This document shows, one piece after another, positions 36,592 through 50,307 of a stretch of 64,000 nt of DNA. The notes under the pieces are model-generated. The model searched no databases. It was not told the origin of the DNA and saw only the letters and a list, made by a program, of their open reading frames with translations. The stretch spans positions 131,395-195,394 of the forward strand of contig NMRA01000178.1 of NCBI GenBank assembly GCA_002633005.1, given 5' to 3'. Position 1 is the stretch's first letter; each line of letters opens with the position of its first letter. Origin of the DNA: Phoronis australis (lineage: Eukaryota > Animalia > Phoronida). The translations under genes and the position numbers were made by a program.

Positions 36592-39500
36592 CTGAGCTGG
36601 TGCGTTTGTTAAACCGAACCTTCTTCTTGGTGAACATAATGTTGAGATCAGGCATGTCCACTGTGGGGAAGATTGTGTCTAGGTTGGGCGGATGGTAGTG
36701 TTGGTTGATCAAGGCACACTTTAGTGCTGAACCTGCAGTGGAGACGGACTAATGTTAAACCATGAAGTAACAACAAGCTGTCTCTCATAAAGTGAACTTG
36801 GGTATGAGTTAAACTATCAGTAACGTGTCTAGAATATATTGTTGGGCTTAGAAAACCAATTCGATATTGATTGGGTCACGTGACCATGTCTTTTTACTGA
36901 AGCTTGGCAGAAAGGAAACGTACGTCCATAGCAAAACGACAACATCAATAACATGTCTGCAGTAAATTTCAAAATGAAAATCACAAAAATGCTGTCACAC
37001 CTTTTAAAATTATTTTGTCACTTTTGTCAGTCTTGTTTTAGGCATTTTTTACAAAAATCAACAAATAATCCAATTTCATAGCTCTTCATACAAAAGTGAC
37101 ACATTTTAAATACAATACCTGACTGCATTGGGTGTATTTATAGAGTTTGATGGGCAATGGGTAGTTTCATTAATGAATTTCATATGGTGGGTGTTGTATC
37201 ATTTTACACCTGCAGTCATGGACTTTTTTCTATGCAACTAAATCCCTACATATGCCCATAAACAAAAGTACGGAAGGATTTTATGAATTTGATCCCAAAC
37301 TCCATAAACTTTGACTGCATAAAATCAACAATTTACATAAAACAAAGGACCCACTTGTACAATGCAGAACATAAGTCCCAATAAGAACGTGGTGTCATCT
37401 ATGTTTATGATTATCACCAGACAAACAAATGTTGTTGTCAATAAACCTAACAAAAAATTGACACTTGTCATTAGCACGTATGAACTTGCCCTATCAAACC
37501 TACCTGTCACCTTATGAACCCAAGCTGATGCCCTTTGAACCCAGACTGATGCCCTTTGAACCCAGCCTGGTGGCCTATGAACTCTACCTGACACCCAATG
37601 AACACTACTTGATGATCTGTAGACCTCCCTGATGCCCTGTAGATCCTGCCTGACGCCCTATAAACCCTAACCGACAGCCTATGAACCATACCTGATGCCC
37701 AGCTGGGAATCTTTTTCCGCGGCTGTTCCTCATCATCAGTCGAGTCGTCAGGTTGAAGATCCGTGATGTCATAGTTGTCGACGGAGGGTGGCTTGTATTT
37801 TTTCACTGGAGTGAGTGCATATCTGAAGCAAGAACACGTGTGGTTTCAAAATATTCACTGAAAATCAGTACTGATGTAGTCACAAGTGTACGCGTAATGC
37901 TTTAATTAATAAAACTTAATACGACCGTGAGCATATTGCCTATGTCATTTTAGATCTTGAACATGGGCAGTAAGTAAACCACCTTGTGTACAAACTTTAC
38001 TATCAAATGGCACACACAATCAATATGTGGTTCACATTGGAGGGAAGCTACAGTTAAAAAGAACAGCATCCATGTGTGTTAGGTTTAACCACTGCATCAA
38101 ATTGAAGAAATTTACATTTTGTGTCACCTCTGTATTGAGTGACACAACAATGAAGGGTTTCCCTTATAATGCAATGAGCTGTTGTTACGAAAACTTCTAA
38201 GCTGTTATTTGCCGAGTACTATGAAATTTTCCAAAGACTGAATTTGATGTCAACCTCAAAACAACATGCTGCATTATTTAAGTAAAACCTTCCACTGGCG
38301 CCAATCTATGTCACGTTGCTAGCCTAACATCTAAGCACACTAGCGCCCTCTACATACGAGTCTGGGTTGTCCTCCTTGTTGAATGTTGAGTTAAGTGTCG
38401 ACTTATTGGCGGCCTTGCTCGCTGTGTTGGTGGTGTTCAGGCTTGAGTTATGCTTGTCAATCATTGCCTTCATCTTTTCTTGTTCAGCACGGGCACGCCT
38501 CTCTTCCTCGGCACGCTTGCTCTGTTCTTGGGCTTCCTCGCGTAGCCTCTGCAGCTTCTACAACATTAACAATCAATACAATGTCTACGTCACGTTAAGG
38601 ACATATAAGAAACTACTTCAACCTGTTTAAGGAATAAAACAGCAAAGAAGTTCCTCATTCAACTTGGGAAGTAAATTTTCTATTAGACATGTGTTGAACA
38701 AGATGGTCCCTTCACATTCAATAGCCTTCATTGATGTGGTCTCTGAAATTGGTGGCAGTCTGAGCTGGTCTCAAATTAACCTTCACATACTTGCACTTGT
38801 TTACTGAGTATCGAGAATTGAAATTTACATTTTGTTACACCAATCATATTCCAAAGCTTTACTTTCATGACATAAATTATGGTCATTTGTTATTCTGCAG
38901 TCATTAACCCCCACCCATCACCCACTCATTAGTACCCATCCCTTACAATCGCCAAACCTTCCCCCCTTCACCCACTCATTAGTACCCATCCCTTACAATC
39001 GCTAAACCTTCCACCCTTCACCCACTCACCAGTTCGCGTTCTTTCTCCAGTCTTTCTTGTTCCTGCCTCTCTTTCTCCTTCCGTCTCTCCAATTCGGCTT
39101 TTTCCCTCTCCGCCTTTTCCTTGGCCAACTCCTTTTCCCTGTTAGACATTGTAAAAATGTTCATGATGAACACATGTTTCAGCACAAGCTCATTTCCAGA
39201 GATGAATACAAGACTTGAGGTTGGCGAAATAAAGGTCACTTATTATGAGAGAATGGTACTGCATACAATAAGAATGAAACTAAAATTTTTAAGACCTTAT
39301 CTCACAGGGTTAATCTAGTTCAAACACATAAAAATAAACAAATCAAGTAATATGTACCATGGTATGTTTTCTTCTTTTCTGTTATCAAACCAGAAGCATT
39401 TTAACAGAATTTTAAGCCACAGCCGAAACCAGAATATCATGGACTGTGCCATCTATTTCCATGACGTGTGTTCAGGAATGAATACTGAATGCCGGCCATG

Positions 39501-42500
39501 TTTTCCTTGAAAATGCACTCATTTTTGATAGCACCAGGGTGTAAAACCATTATCACCTACCCTCCCTCCCCCCTCAAACACACCCCCCAAAACTCAACCA
39601 CCCTCCCTGCCTGCTATATCAATCTCCCCCTCCATCAACACTACCCTCTCACCTTTCCTCTCTTCTCCTCTGTTCTTCTTTCTCTCTCTCCTCTTCAATC
39701 TTACGCAGTCTCTCCGCCTCTAACTGCTGTTGTTTTTCGGCCTCAGCTCTTCTCTCCTCCTCCAGGCGGCGCTGCTCTGCCACCTTACGTTGACGCTCTC
39801 TCTCTTCAAACTCTTTCTTACGCTGGATCATCTCATTGTGTCGTCGTGTCTCTTCCTCCTGTGCACATAAAAATAAAAGAAAAGTTACGTATTTGCAAAT
39901 TATAAGTGGAAAGTTCTTAACAATACCCGCCACTTAGTAACATCCACTACATGGCAGAGCAAGCCCAAATGAGTTAATTGTGTGAAGGAATGGATTGCAA
40001 CAACGTGAGAATGCAAACAAAAATGTCAGACATGCCCCTATATTTGTGCTATCACAGAAAAACCAGAAAAAAATTTGAACATAAAATAAAGGTTGCTAAA
40101 AAAGTGGGGGAAATACGGAAGATTGGACTTATGCACAAACTTGGAATGAAAAAGTCATTTTGAGGCAGACTCCAGAAACCAACGTCACTTTATTTCTCAG
40201 GACTCTACCACCCATTAACACAGTCTAGAACACAATCAAAACAAGTTGACTACATTTCTTCTTGTACAAAACTGAACAATACTAGAGCAAAATATAGGTT
40301 CACTTTCAAATGATTCCAATGCTACTTTTCCACTGTTTTTCAAGGTTTACATCATAATTTTGATGAAGCTAAAGAAAAGTCAACAAAACTAATGTTTGTC
40401 TAAAACTACAGATCCCAATGCCTGGCTCCGCCCACCTGCTCCAATAGTTTCTGTTGTCTCTGTTCTTCTTCCTGTCGACGCCTGTCTTCTGCCTCCGCCA
40501 TTTTCTTCTCCCTGTGAATTAAGCAATTTATTGGTAAAATAATACAATGAAGTTCCACGTAAACTATTAGAAGTTCGTTCACACAGGCAATATACGGTTT
40601 GCAGCCCATTGTTAAGGCATAAGATGTGGCAGCAGAGAGAAAGGTAAAGTTGAACTAATCAACAAGTGAAGGACATTGGAGGGTAATACAGAACTGTGTC
40701 TCTAACCACTATCCTATCCTCTTCCTTGTGGTTCAGTTTGGGGCCGGAGCAGTTTTGACATTCATGCTTCTCAATTATTGAACATTACATTTTGCTTCAA
40801 CAGAGTGCACAACAATAACCTGTAGCTTTATAGTGGCTAACATCGAAATGAATGATCATTTGTTGATGATTGTAAGTCTTGAATGAGGGAAGTTGAGATG
40901 GCCAATGTTGCTTGCCCATTTCTAAAATTTGGTACAAGCTCTAAACTTATGCCTATTTATTATTATATTCCCTCCCCCCTCACACCCACCTCATCTATTC
41001 TTGTCTCTTCACCCACAGCCTATCCTTAAACCATCTCCTTCACAACTGTCTGCTCACAACCCTATCCCTCCCCTCACACCCACCTTGTCTCCTTCTTCAA
41101 CCTCTCCTTCACGAGCAGGTCCTGTCACCCCTCCCCTCATACACCATCCCTCTCACCCACCTCATCTACTTCTGCCCTCCCTCACTCACCTGATCTCCTT
41201 CTGCCTCTCTTCCCACAAGCTGTCCTCTCAGCCTTCCACCCAGAGCCCCCTCACACCCCCCTCATCTCCTTCTTCTACCTCTCCTCACACAGCCTGTCCT
41301 CTCACCTGTCCCCTCATCTCCTTCTTTTGCCTCTCCTTCCAAAACCTATCCTCTCAGCCCTCNCCTCATCTCCTTCTTTTGCCTCTCCTCCCTTAGCCTG
41401 TCCTCCTTCACTCTACTACTCTGCCTGTTCATCTGGTTCAACCTCTGCTCCGCTTGCCTTTTCTTGTCCATAGCTTCCTTCATCTGCGCCTCACGCTGCT
41501 CCTTCACACGCTTCATCCGCTCCTCGTTACGCCTGAGTGAACACAGATAAACATGATTACATGTGCTATGCTTCAGTGAGCACAACTATGAGGCTAAAAA
41601 AAGCACAGGTATTTTTGAATATCAAGGTGGTATAGCGATATTCCAGTTTAGTTGTTCGATGGATATTAGTTGGCAAGCACATATCTCACAATGAATCAAG
41701 GTACAGACAAGGACCAATAATGTTTTTGGCTTTAAATTAATGTTAAACCTGAATGAGCACAAATAAAAAATACAACAAATATAACTTTGCTGCTATAAAT
41801 CAACATACTGTTGCGGTATATGAATTTAAGGGAAGATTAACAATTCTTACTTATAAGAAATGTTACCCCTGAGTGGCCACAAATAAACAAGATAACGCAG
41901 ATGTTACAAAGGGTTTGCTTCTTTTTTTCACTTATTTTTTGCTTTTGATTTCTACATTTATTTACGTGTGAAAAATCCAACAATGCATGGAGTCATTCTC
42001 CTCAACACAACTTCATACATTTATTAAGAGATTCAAATGAATCCACTGTGAAAGAAGGCGGTAAACTAAAGTAGATGTCTAGATAGGCAGTCACATATGA
42101 TGTCATCCTATGTGACACACTCATCATGTATTGTGGTGCTTAAACAAAGAAATGATAAGTGACTTCATAGACTATAGTACATGGACTGCCAACCCCGTAT
42201 ATTTTCAGTAAGCGAAATCTGTGATCGTACGCATAAGCCATGACGTAACTATTCACTAGCGACACCTTGCAGACATAGCATGTATTACTTCCGGCAAGTA
42301 CGTCATCTGCCAATCATGGCCAGCTTCCAAAAGTACTCTAATACCTACAGTTCTACAACTGGAAAACTTTGAACAGCGTTTCAATGCCAAAATAATTTCG
42401 CAGTTGCGAATCTGTTGTCTATAATCTATGGTGACATCCCTCGATGTGAACGCTGTGAAGTTTCGGCTCACCTTGAATGACTATACAAAATAAGTTTAAC

Positions 42501-45500
42501 TAACTCAGAAGCTGAGTCCTCAGAAGAGAATAACGCTGGAGAGTTTCAGTTCAATTTAACAACTACCATCAATCAGCCAATCAGGACCCACCTCTTTCTC
42601 TCCTCAAGCTGTTTGCGGATCAACTCTTCTTTCTTATTCAACCTCTCCGCATCTTTCAGTTTCTTCTCTTCCAACTTGCGTTTCCGCTCGAGCTCAATCT
42701 CCTGTGAGAACATAGTTAAGCCAGTGCAGGCTAGAAACAGGCTCTGTCACTTTAAATGAAATTTATCAAAATTTCTGTCACTGAATATTGCAGGGTATAC
42801 CTAACATTTAAAGTACATATAAACTTGATTTGGTAGATACCAGGTGAGATAACAAACACAATTCAGATGACAAGATACCACAGGTTATATAATACAACCA
42901 ATCGAATGACAGACAAAAAAGCACAAGAAGTCAGACGTACCTTGAGTGATTTTTTGGTGGGTGTGTTCCTCTTAATGAAAGAGGTCACCACGTGGCTGAG
43001 GTGAGGGTGAGGCTTGGGCGACTTGTGAAGGAAGGACTTGGGGTGGGGACGTACCACCTGAAATGGAAAAACAATGACGTGGGAAAAGGAATTGGAAAAT
43101 TAGTAGTTATTGAAACTTTAGGATAGCCTTCCTAATGTGAACTGTAATAATAATTATTAGGAATACTTTTAATTAAAAAATTTTAGAAGTACACCACCAA
43201 AAGTAGATATTTTGACAATGACCTGATGTTTTTGTATTGCTGGACTCAACAATTTCATGTCAGTGATATTAATTTCATTTATTTTTATTTCTGTCATGCT
43301 TTTGAATCGTACTCAACATTGCAAAACAAACTGAGTTTTTCTTATTTTTTTCAACGCCGTCGCGCACACCACCTTTGGAAACCATTGTCTTGGTTCATGT
43401 TTTGGATCTTTATAACTGTGATTCGGTATTCCTAATTAGACATGATAGCATCGTGGATCGAATACCGTTCATCAATATCTTTAGCAGGACAATTCACCAC
43501 AGTTAACTCTCTCTATTCCAGTTTACAGTTTTGGCTCAATGATCGAATCAGCGCTGTGTAGGATTATGAGACATGTCAACTGTAAATGTTCTGTTGAAGA
43601 CTACTTTGGACAAATCTTTACTTCTTGAAGCGACTAACAGTCAGTTTAAAAAATTGACCGATGGGATCAGTGTTAACTACACCTATGCGTAGTTTGTCGT
43701 CACTAAGCTAAAGAAGTAAACTCAGTTTACTGGTGTCTCACTTTGCCGGCGGGTTTCTTAGAATTTAAGAAATAAAACTACAGAACTGAATACCATGCAA
43801 TTCATTGCTGGGTGGACATTTCTATCTTCCACTGATACAGTAACACCTAATACCCATCATTTTCGCAACATTGTGGAGTAATGATTTCTGGACTGTTTGC
43901 ATAGAGCCCAGTAGAGTGAAATCAGCCAATAGTGTTTGAAAGTGTAGGGTTACCACTGGACAACCTTACCTTATTACTTGGACATTTGGGTGACGGCGAT
44001 CTTTCAACAACATCCTCATCAGTGCTATTGTCTGGCGTTTTCACCTCTAAACTGTCCTGCTCCATATTTGTGGGTGTCTCCGGCTAAATAGTTGTGCAAG
44101 AGAAAGATGTAGTTGCGATTACTGAATACATTCACAAAATCTCTCATAACAGCTTCACCCCATAGCAAATTGAAAACAAAATTTCAATTAATATACTTTA
44201 ATGAAAACACATGCAAGTTTTTCAAGTCACGTTACCTGTGTTTCTGTGTTAGGTGACTCTCCAGACAGCTTCTGGCACCTAACTGGTGTGTCCCCTTCAT
44301 CAGAACTGTCCTGTGGCCTCTTGTTACTACACAAATAAATGAGTGATATGTCTGGTTACTTGTCAACTACTGATACTTGTCCTTAAAGCAAGGCTTGGAA
44401 TGACCAGTGACAAAAAGAGGACAATTTTCCAGGTGATGTATCACTCCACAAATAAATAGGCTTGTGTGATAGAAATATGTTTTGTGCAGTGAAATTTCAG
44501 TGAAATAGACGTTTTTGTATGAATAAAGACAAAGTAATGATAAAAAGATACAAAAAAGGAAAAATGGAAATCAAGCATGAGGAAATTGAAACCATAAAAG
44601 AGAAAATTCTTTTAAAAAGGAAAATTCCAAGCCCTGTTTAAGAGGCACTTTGATTATAATGAATTTATTAAAAAATGTTTTGAAGTCCAAAATATACATG
44701 CATAATTTCAAAAGCGACTATTAAACCGTTGTACTAACATAGACACAGCAATTCTGTTAAATAGACTGCTGGCAGCTACATTCAAATCTAATGTCTTTTT
44801 CACTAAATTGTCAGGTGACGATTTTCAAATAACACACTTTGGAAGATGTTATCATTGTTTCAAAAACATCTGTGAAATAGTGAAAATCAGGGCATGCTTG
44901 ACCAAAGTTATAAATGATTAATTAGTACAAATACGTTTCAATCTGGAAAACAAGTTCAGAGCAGCATTAATTCGGGGGAATAAGATATTATAAATAAGCT
45001 CTTACACTCAGAATGTGCCACTGTAGTATTAATTAGCGTAAACGACTTTTTATCAACTAAATATAAGAACTGAATTACAAGCCATCAACTAGGCTTTCCT
45101 AGTGTGAGTGTAATGTCGACTTCCTCGTGAACACAACCCTTCAACTGAACTCTCCTAGTACAAATATTAATGTATAGTGTCCGCAACCCCGTGTACACAA
45201 CCCTTCAACTGGACTCTCCTAGTACAACTGTAGGTGTTCACATCCCCATGTACACAACCCTTCCCAGTACAAATGACTTACGGAGCCTTCATCACAGAAG
45301 CAGGTGGGACAGTGAACATGTCATCCTTGGGTGGTTTCGGTGCTCGCATCTTAGACCGAGTCGATCGCATTGGTGGCGTCTCGTCTTCATCAACTGGAGG
45401 TGGCGCCGGTTTGGGTTGGCGCATCTTGGAGCGGGTAGATCGCACAGGACTGGCCTGATCTCTAGGAACATCTGTAGTCTTGGGGACGCGCATTTTGGAA

Positions 45501-48500
45501 CGAGTGGACCTAATGGGACTACTGTCTTCCACTGGTGATGAGGAGGATGCTTTGTGCAATTCCTGCACCTTTTCAACAACTGGGGCTACACGCATCTTAG
45601 ACCTTGTTGAACGTACAGGACTAGAATCATCACTAGAGGAGACAGCGACCACTGCTGGCGGTTGTTTTGGCTTCCTCATCTTGGACCGTGTACTTGGTGT
45701 TGGGCTGGACTGACCACAAGTCTCCTCTGACTCTGTATTGTGGGACTGCGTAGGCTGAAAGGTACCCAAACATTTCAACTAAAGTTTCAACTTGATACTC
45801 TTACTCTCAATATGAAGGGGAACATGTTTCAAATTTCTCATCTACTCTCACATAAAAGAGGTATCAGGTCTCTAAGTTACCTTTACAAAAGCAGTGTCCC
45901 AAATCTTCAGTTTTGGCTGCTAGCTCCTCTTAACATGAGGGAAACTAGAAAAAATCTGAGAGACAAGTTCTTTTGAGTTGAACATTTCAAGCGAATTGAG
46001 AGACACACTAATGGATATTCAAAACTGTTAAAGTGCCAAAAACCAAAAGCTGGAAAATGTCTGATAAAAGTTTGCTAAGCAACTGAAATGAATAGAAGTT
46101 GTCTCAATCACGTGGCACAATGGGCACAAAAACAATATGGATAGCAATGGAATTTGAATAAGTTGCTAAATCATTAAAAATGTTAGAGACTCGGATTCCT
46201 TATCTCAAAACCCTATTTGTTATTTTCCCAAACCATGACAACCAATCAACATAGTTACAATACTCACAGCGAGCTTCTTTAGCCTCAGTTTAGTCCTGGA
46301 CGGTCTCTCCGCCTCTTGTTTCTCTTCAGTCTGTGCACATACAAAATCAACACGGTAATGATGATCAAGAAAGAGTCACTACACATGACCTGTTGCTCAA
46401 TAATTCAGAATGTAAACTGCATTCTGCTAGACACATGCCTATATAAAACCAGACAATCTGAAAATAGGTTTTCATTCCAATAATGCATGTGTCATGAACA
46501 ATGCATTTGTATAGAGCTTCCGTTCGACATATTATGTTAACAGGCCAATAAATGCATTGATAATGCATTACAATGCATGCGGGTGTCAAATCTATATTGA
46601 CTTCATATACAACATAACGTTGCAGGAACGAATTGTTGATGGATTTATGCATGCACATGTCAAGTTTTGGAGTAACTATGTAGGTTAAACAACGTCACAT
46701 GGATAGCTTAACAAAAACGACCAATTTTCCCCACAGTGGAATCCAACTAACCTCAACTTTCGTCTTTTTGCATGGAACCTCATCATCTGATACAGTTCCC
46801 ACGCCCTCTGTTGACTGATGAGTACGTTGCTCCATTTTCTGGGTCAACTGTCGAGACAGCAAACTGCTGCGTTTCCTGGCTACACTCGAGCGCACTGGTC
46901 GACGGGCATGACTGCTACGTTTGGAGCCTCTCTTTGATTTCCTCTTTGATTTACATTTGTCTGGAGTCTCATCATCTTCATTGTCAGCATCTTCTTCAGT
47001 TTCATGAACAACCTCCATTTTCTCAACTTCGTCTGCTGGTTGAGGATGGTGTTGTTGCTGGTCACATGACCTGTCACCATCGTAACACTCCGCAGGCTTA
47101 CAAGGACTTGACTTCTTCAGAGTTTCTGGTGTGGCTGGCTGTGCGTCTCCTTTCTTCAGAGTCTCTGGAGTGACTGGCAGTGTGACTCCTTTCTTCAGAG
47201 TCTCTGGAGTGACTGGCTGTGTGGCTCCTTTCTTTAGAGTCTCTGGTGTGACTGGCTGTGTGTCTCCTTTCTGAATCACTGGACTGTGTTCTTGGCCAGG
47301 TGTCGTTAGGGTCACAACAGGTGGGGCGGGACTGGATGAGTTGACAGGTGTAGCATCATTGACCAGTTCACAAGAGTTCACTGAAAGGTAATTGAGCAAG
47401 AACACTGAAATCTTTCCCTGGTAAGTTTCATGGGAGATAACTACATTTTAACAAAATAACCATACAACAGCACAACAGTGAAAGTCAAGTTTTTCACTTG
47501 TTTTCCTCAATTTATGCAGAAATTTCTGATGATCGTTTATCTGTCAACTTATGATTGATGTAATGTCCTCTTGACTGTTCGAAGACAATACATCTTATGT
47601 ACATACGACTGGTCATTGCCACAATTGTTTTTCTTGAATATCACGACACCTCTTGCAGGTTTTCATGAACAACACTTAGTTGTGGGCATTCAACATCAGT
47701 AAGTGTGATATTTTTGTACTTTCTAGTGTAACATTTTTTCTACATGTAACTATCAATTTTTGTAGAAATTGTCAGTAGATATACTACATCAAACCACTAT
47801 ATACGTACTAGATTTTGAAACAATAGTGGGTGGAGTTTTCAATGTAGGTATCGTCACTTGATTGACAGGTGTGTTGGCAGGGGACTTCTGTCTGCTTATG
47901 GGGCTGCCAAGTATCTTCTCAAACGCTTGTGTCTTTTCTTTGATATCCATGCACAGGAAACCCTGTATTGGCTTGGGACTGTGGAACTTTGGTGGGGGAG
48001 TGGACAACTGGGTCTGTGTTTCCCTGACTTGGATTGTTTTCTGGCGTGATGCTCGTGTTCGTTGACCCGTTTTGGGAACTTCACAACTTTCTGCATCGTC
48101 AGTTTGAGACGCGTTTCGAGTATTTCTCTTACGAGAAGCACGTGTGGTTCTAGCAGTGCTGGGTGGAGTACATACGTCTGTGTCGGCTGAAGCCTGCGAC
48201 ACAGCGCTAGAGTCCATGTCTATCTTCTTCTGTGCACGTGTGGACCTAAGGATATGGCATAAATTGTAGTCAAGGCACAAACTGTGGTCAGGTAATATAT
48301 TACCTTTGATTTTCGACAGTCGGTCAGCAATTTCAGATAAAAATCAAGATTTTTAGAGAACACGCATGATTATGATCTTCTGGGCATTACTGAGATTACA
48401 ATAACAAATCTGTAATCAAGGATTTCAAAAACAGTGTGGTTTTGTTGATCTAGTATTAATACTTAAAAGTTACTTAAAATATTCAATTGTTAGGAACACA

Positions 48501-49665
48501 GGTAGTGTATTTCTTCAACTCAATGAGGAATGAAGTCAAGGGAGAACAGGTAAAGCACAATTACACACATACACATGACAGTAAAAAATATACTATTTTA
48601 AACAAGTATGGTAAAATCTAGTTAAATCAATCCGTACTTGGCTTTCTTGGAAGGGGGTTCATTTTCCTCATCTTCTTCCTTTATTTCTTTTCGGGCTCGC
48701 CGCGACCTCTTGGCAGAAGGCGTCTTTGGAAGAAGTTGAATGTCAGCGCTACAACGAAGAAAGCAACCGATGTGTAGCTGACAAAGTGCTGCAGCCTGAG
48801 TGTAGCTGACACAGTGCTGCAGCCTGGGTGTAGCTGACAAAGTGCTGCAGCCTGGGTGTAGCTGACACAGTGCTGCAGCCTGAGTGTAGCTGACACAGTG
48901 CTGCAGCCTGAGTGTAGCTGACACAGTGCTGCAGCCTGAGTGTAGCTGACACAGTGCTGCAGCCTGAGTGTAGCTGACACAGTGCTGCAGCCTGAGTGTA
49001 GCTGACACAGTGCTGCAGCCTGAGTATAGCTGATACAGTGCTGCAGCCTGAGTGTAGCTGACACAGTGCTGCAGCCTGAGTGTAGCTGACACAGTGCTGC
49101 AGCCTGAGAACACTGCACGTTTAATGAAGAACATATTGACCAACAATGGCATTAGGTATACAAACAAAAGTTGGTCAATGCACCGTTTTAATTTGCGCTG
49201 ACACATGAGCAGTTAACTGCAAACATATCGATCCACTCAGACACAAATCATAACTTTGGTGAAATGGTGTTCGAAAATTATCTTCAGGCCCCTCGCGCAC
49301 TTTAATGAAAAATTGTGTTGCCTTCGATTAGGGAATGTTTTCTAATCAGGAGAGAATCCAACCCTAGTGCAGTCGCAGCAGGAACCTGATAATTATATGA
49401 ACATACCAGATGACAGCTTCATTGCCATTAATGAACAAAATTTCCCAACGTGGCGCTCTCATACGGCAGTTCAGAAAAAATCTATTGACAGAGAAAAAAC
49501 AATAAAGCCTTACGTGACAAAGCATTTCTTAGCTTCAACCAGAATTTCTTCGAGCCATGTGAAATGTTCATCCACTCCGCGTTCAAACTTGCAAATTGCA
49601 TTGGCTGCCTTCAGAGCAATGGCAAATCCGTCGCCGGATAAAGACGAGGTCAAGAGAGATGCCAT
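36554..49665 (-). CDS. INCENP: Inner centromere protein, 17 coding exons, ~1120 aa
   Basis: Exons 49514-49665, 48638-48748, 47809-48245, 46752-47380, 46268-46330, 45282-45754, 44236-44326, 43970-44083, 42941-43057, 42592-42701, 41365-41532, 40436-40511, 39653-39858, 39030-39138, 38358-38557, 37692-37822, 36554-36732, all phase-compatible. Motifs: N-terminal WLEEILVEAKKCF..LLPKTPS; SPSPKCPSNKVVRP; SFIKRNTP; ER/K single alpha helix; IN-box DDSTDDEEQPRKKIPSWA...FNKRTSSAIWHSP. An acceptor at ~49703 implies an upstream non-coding exon. Confidence 0.95.
37495..37702 (-). repeat. ~21-bp degenerate tandem array derived from the INCENP exon-16 donor junction
   Basis: Junction TGAACCATACCTGATGCCC; intronic units such as TGAACCCAGACTGATGCCC. 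Confidence 0.75.
38918..39033 (-). repeat. 50-bp tandem repeat anchored on the INCENP exon-14 donor
   Basis: TCACCCACTCATTAGT... x2, followed by the true junction TCACCCACTCACCAGT. Confidence 0.9.
40975..41410 (-). repeat. Progressively degenerate copies of the INCENP exon-11 3' end and donor
   Basis: CCTCATCTCCTTCTTTTGCCTCTCC is present in the exon (~41364) and repeated at ~41312, with weaker copies further left. Confidence 0.8.
44389..44636. mobile_element. Older, shorter copy of the 35595-36091 hAT-like family
   Basis: CAAGGCTTGGAATGACC ... GAAAATTCCAAGCCCTG. Flanks TTAAAG / TTTAAG. Confidence 0.75.
45128..45281. repeat. ~60-65-bp degenerate repeat x3 abutting the INCENP exon-6 donor
   Basis: ACACAACCCTTC....CTAGTACAA x3, ending at the donor. 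Confidence 0.75.
48773..49108. repeat. 28-bp minisatellite x12 in an INCENP intron next to the exon-2 acceptor
   Basis: Unit TGTAGCTGACACAGTGCTGCAGCCTGAG, near-perfect copies. Confidence 0.97.
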
Positions 49666-50307
49666 CTGGTGTGGGTAGATGATAAAACACTTTGACGCAG
49701 CTCTGAAACAGAAGAAAAACATCTTTTAGCAACGATTACTGATTTAGTTTACTCAAGGGAGAATATACTTTTAATGCCTTTAATATTGGGTAAGATTTTA
49801 TTTGACCAGTATTTCACCCCCATCAGTCCAAAGTTGTTAGTTTTGGGATTGATCAATACAAAAAAGAACAAACTAAACTTTGACACAAACGTTATTGTCA
49901 TGAAAAACTACACTCTTCCTTCCTTGAAGAAAACTATCCGGCTCTTTGAAGATTTGTCCCATGAAAGCATCAGAATGTCTTGCTCTTTCTTAAATGACAC
50001 ACGACAAACTCCATGAATAATTGAATATTTTTGGATTTACCCAAAATTTTACCTCAATTTCACAGTCCCTTTGATAAGGACACGACCAGAAAAAATGCTG
50101 TTGGTTTTGGTTTAAATTTTTGAAGGCATCTTCACAACACACGCTGACGATCAAGGCTTCGACTTCTATAAGTTTTAATGCATCTTAAATTACAATTTCA
50201 AGGAACAAAATTGGTGCTTAAACAACGGAATAACAAATTGTTTGAACTAACTTGGGACTTGTCTTAATGATTGCAAGAGAAGCCAGAGACACTTCAGACG
50301 AACACCT

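Noticed and set aside
39489-41396. Plus-strand Pro/Ser/Leu-rich ORFs
   Set aside because: Antisense shadows of E/R/K-rich INCENP exons and C-rich repeats.
48622-49206. Long ORFs (194, 145 and 67 aa)
   Set aside because: Artefacts of the stop-free 28-bp minisatellite. Only 48638-48748 is exon.
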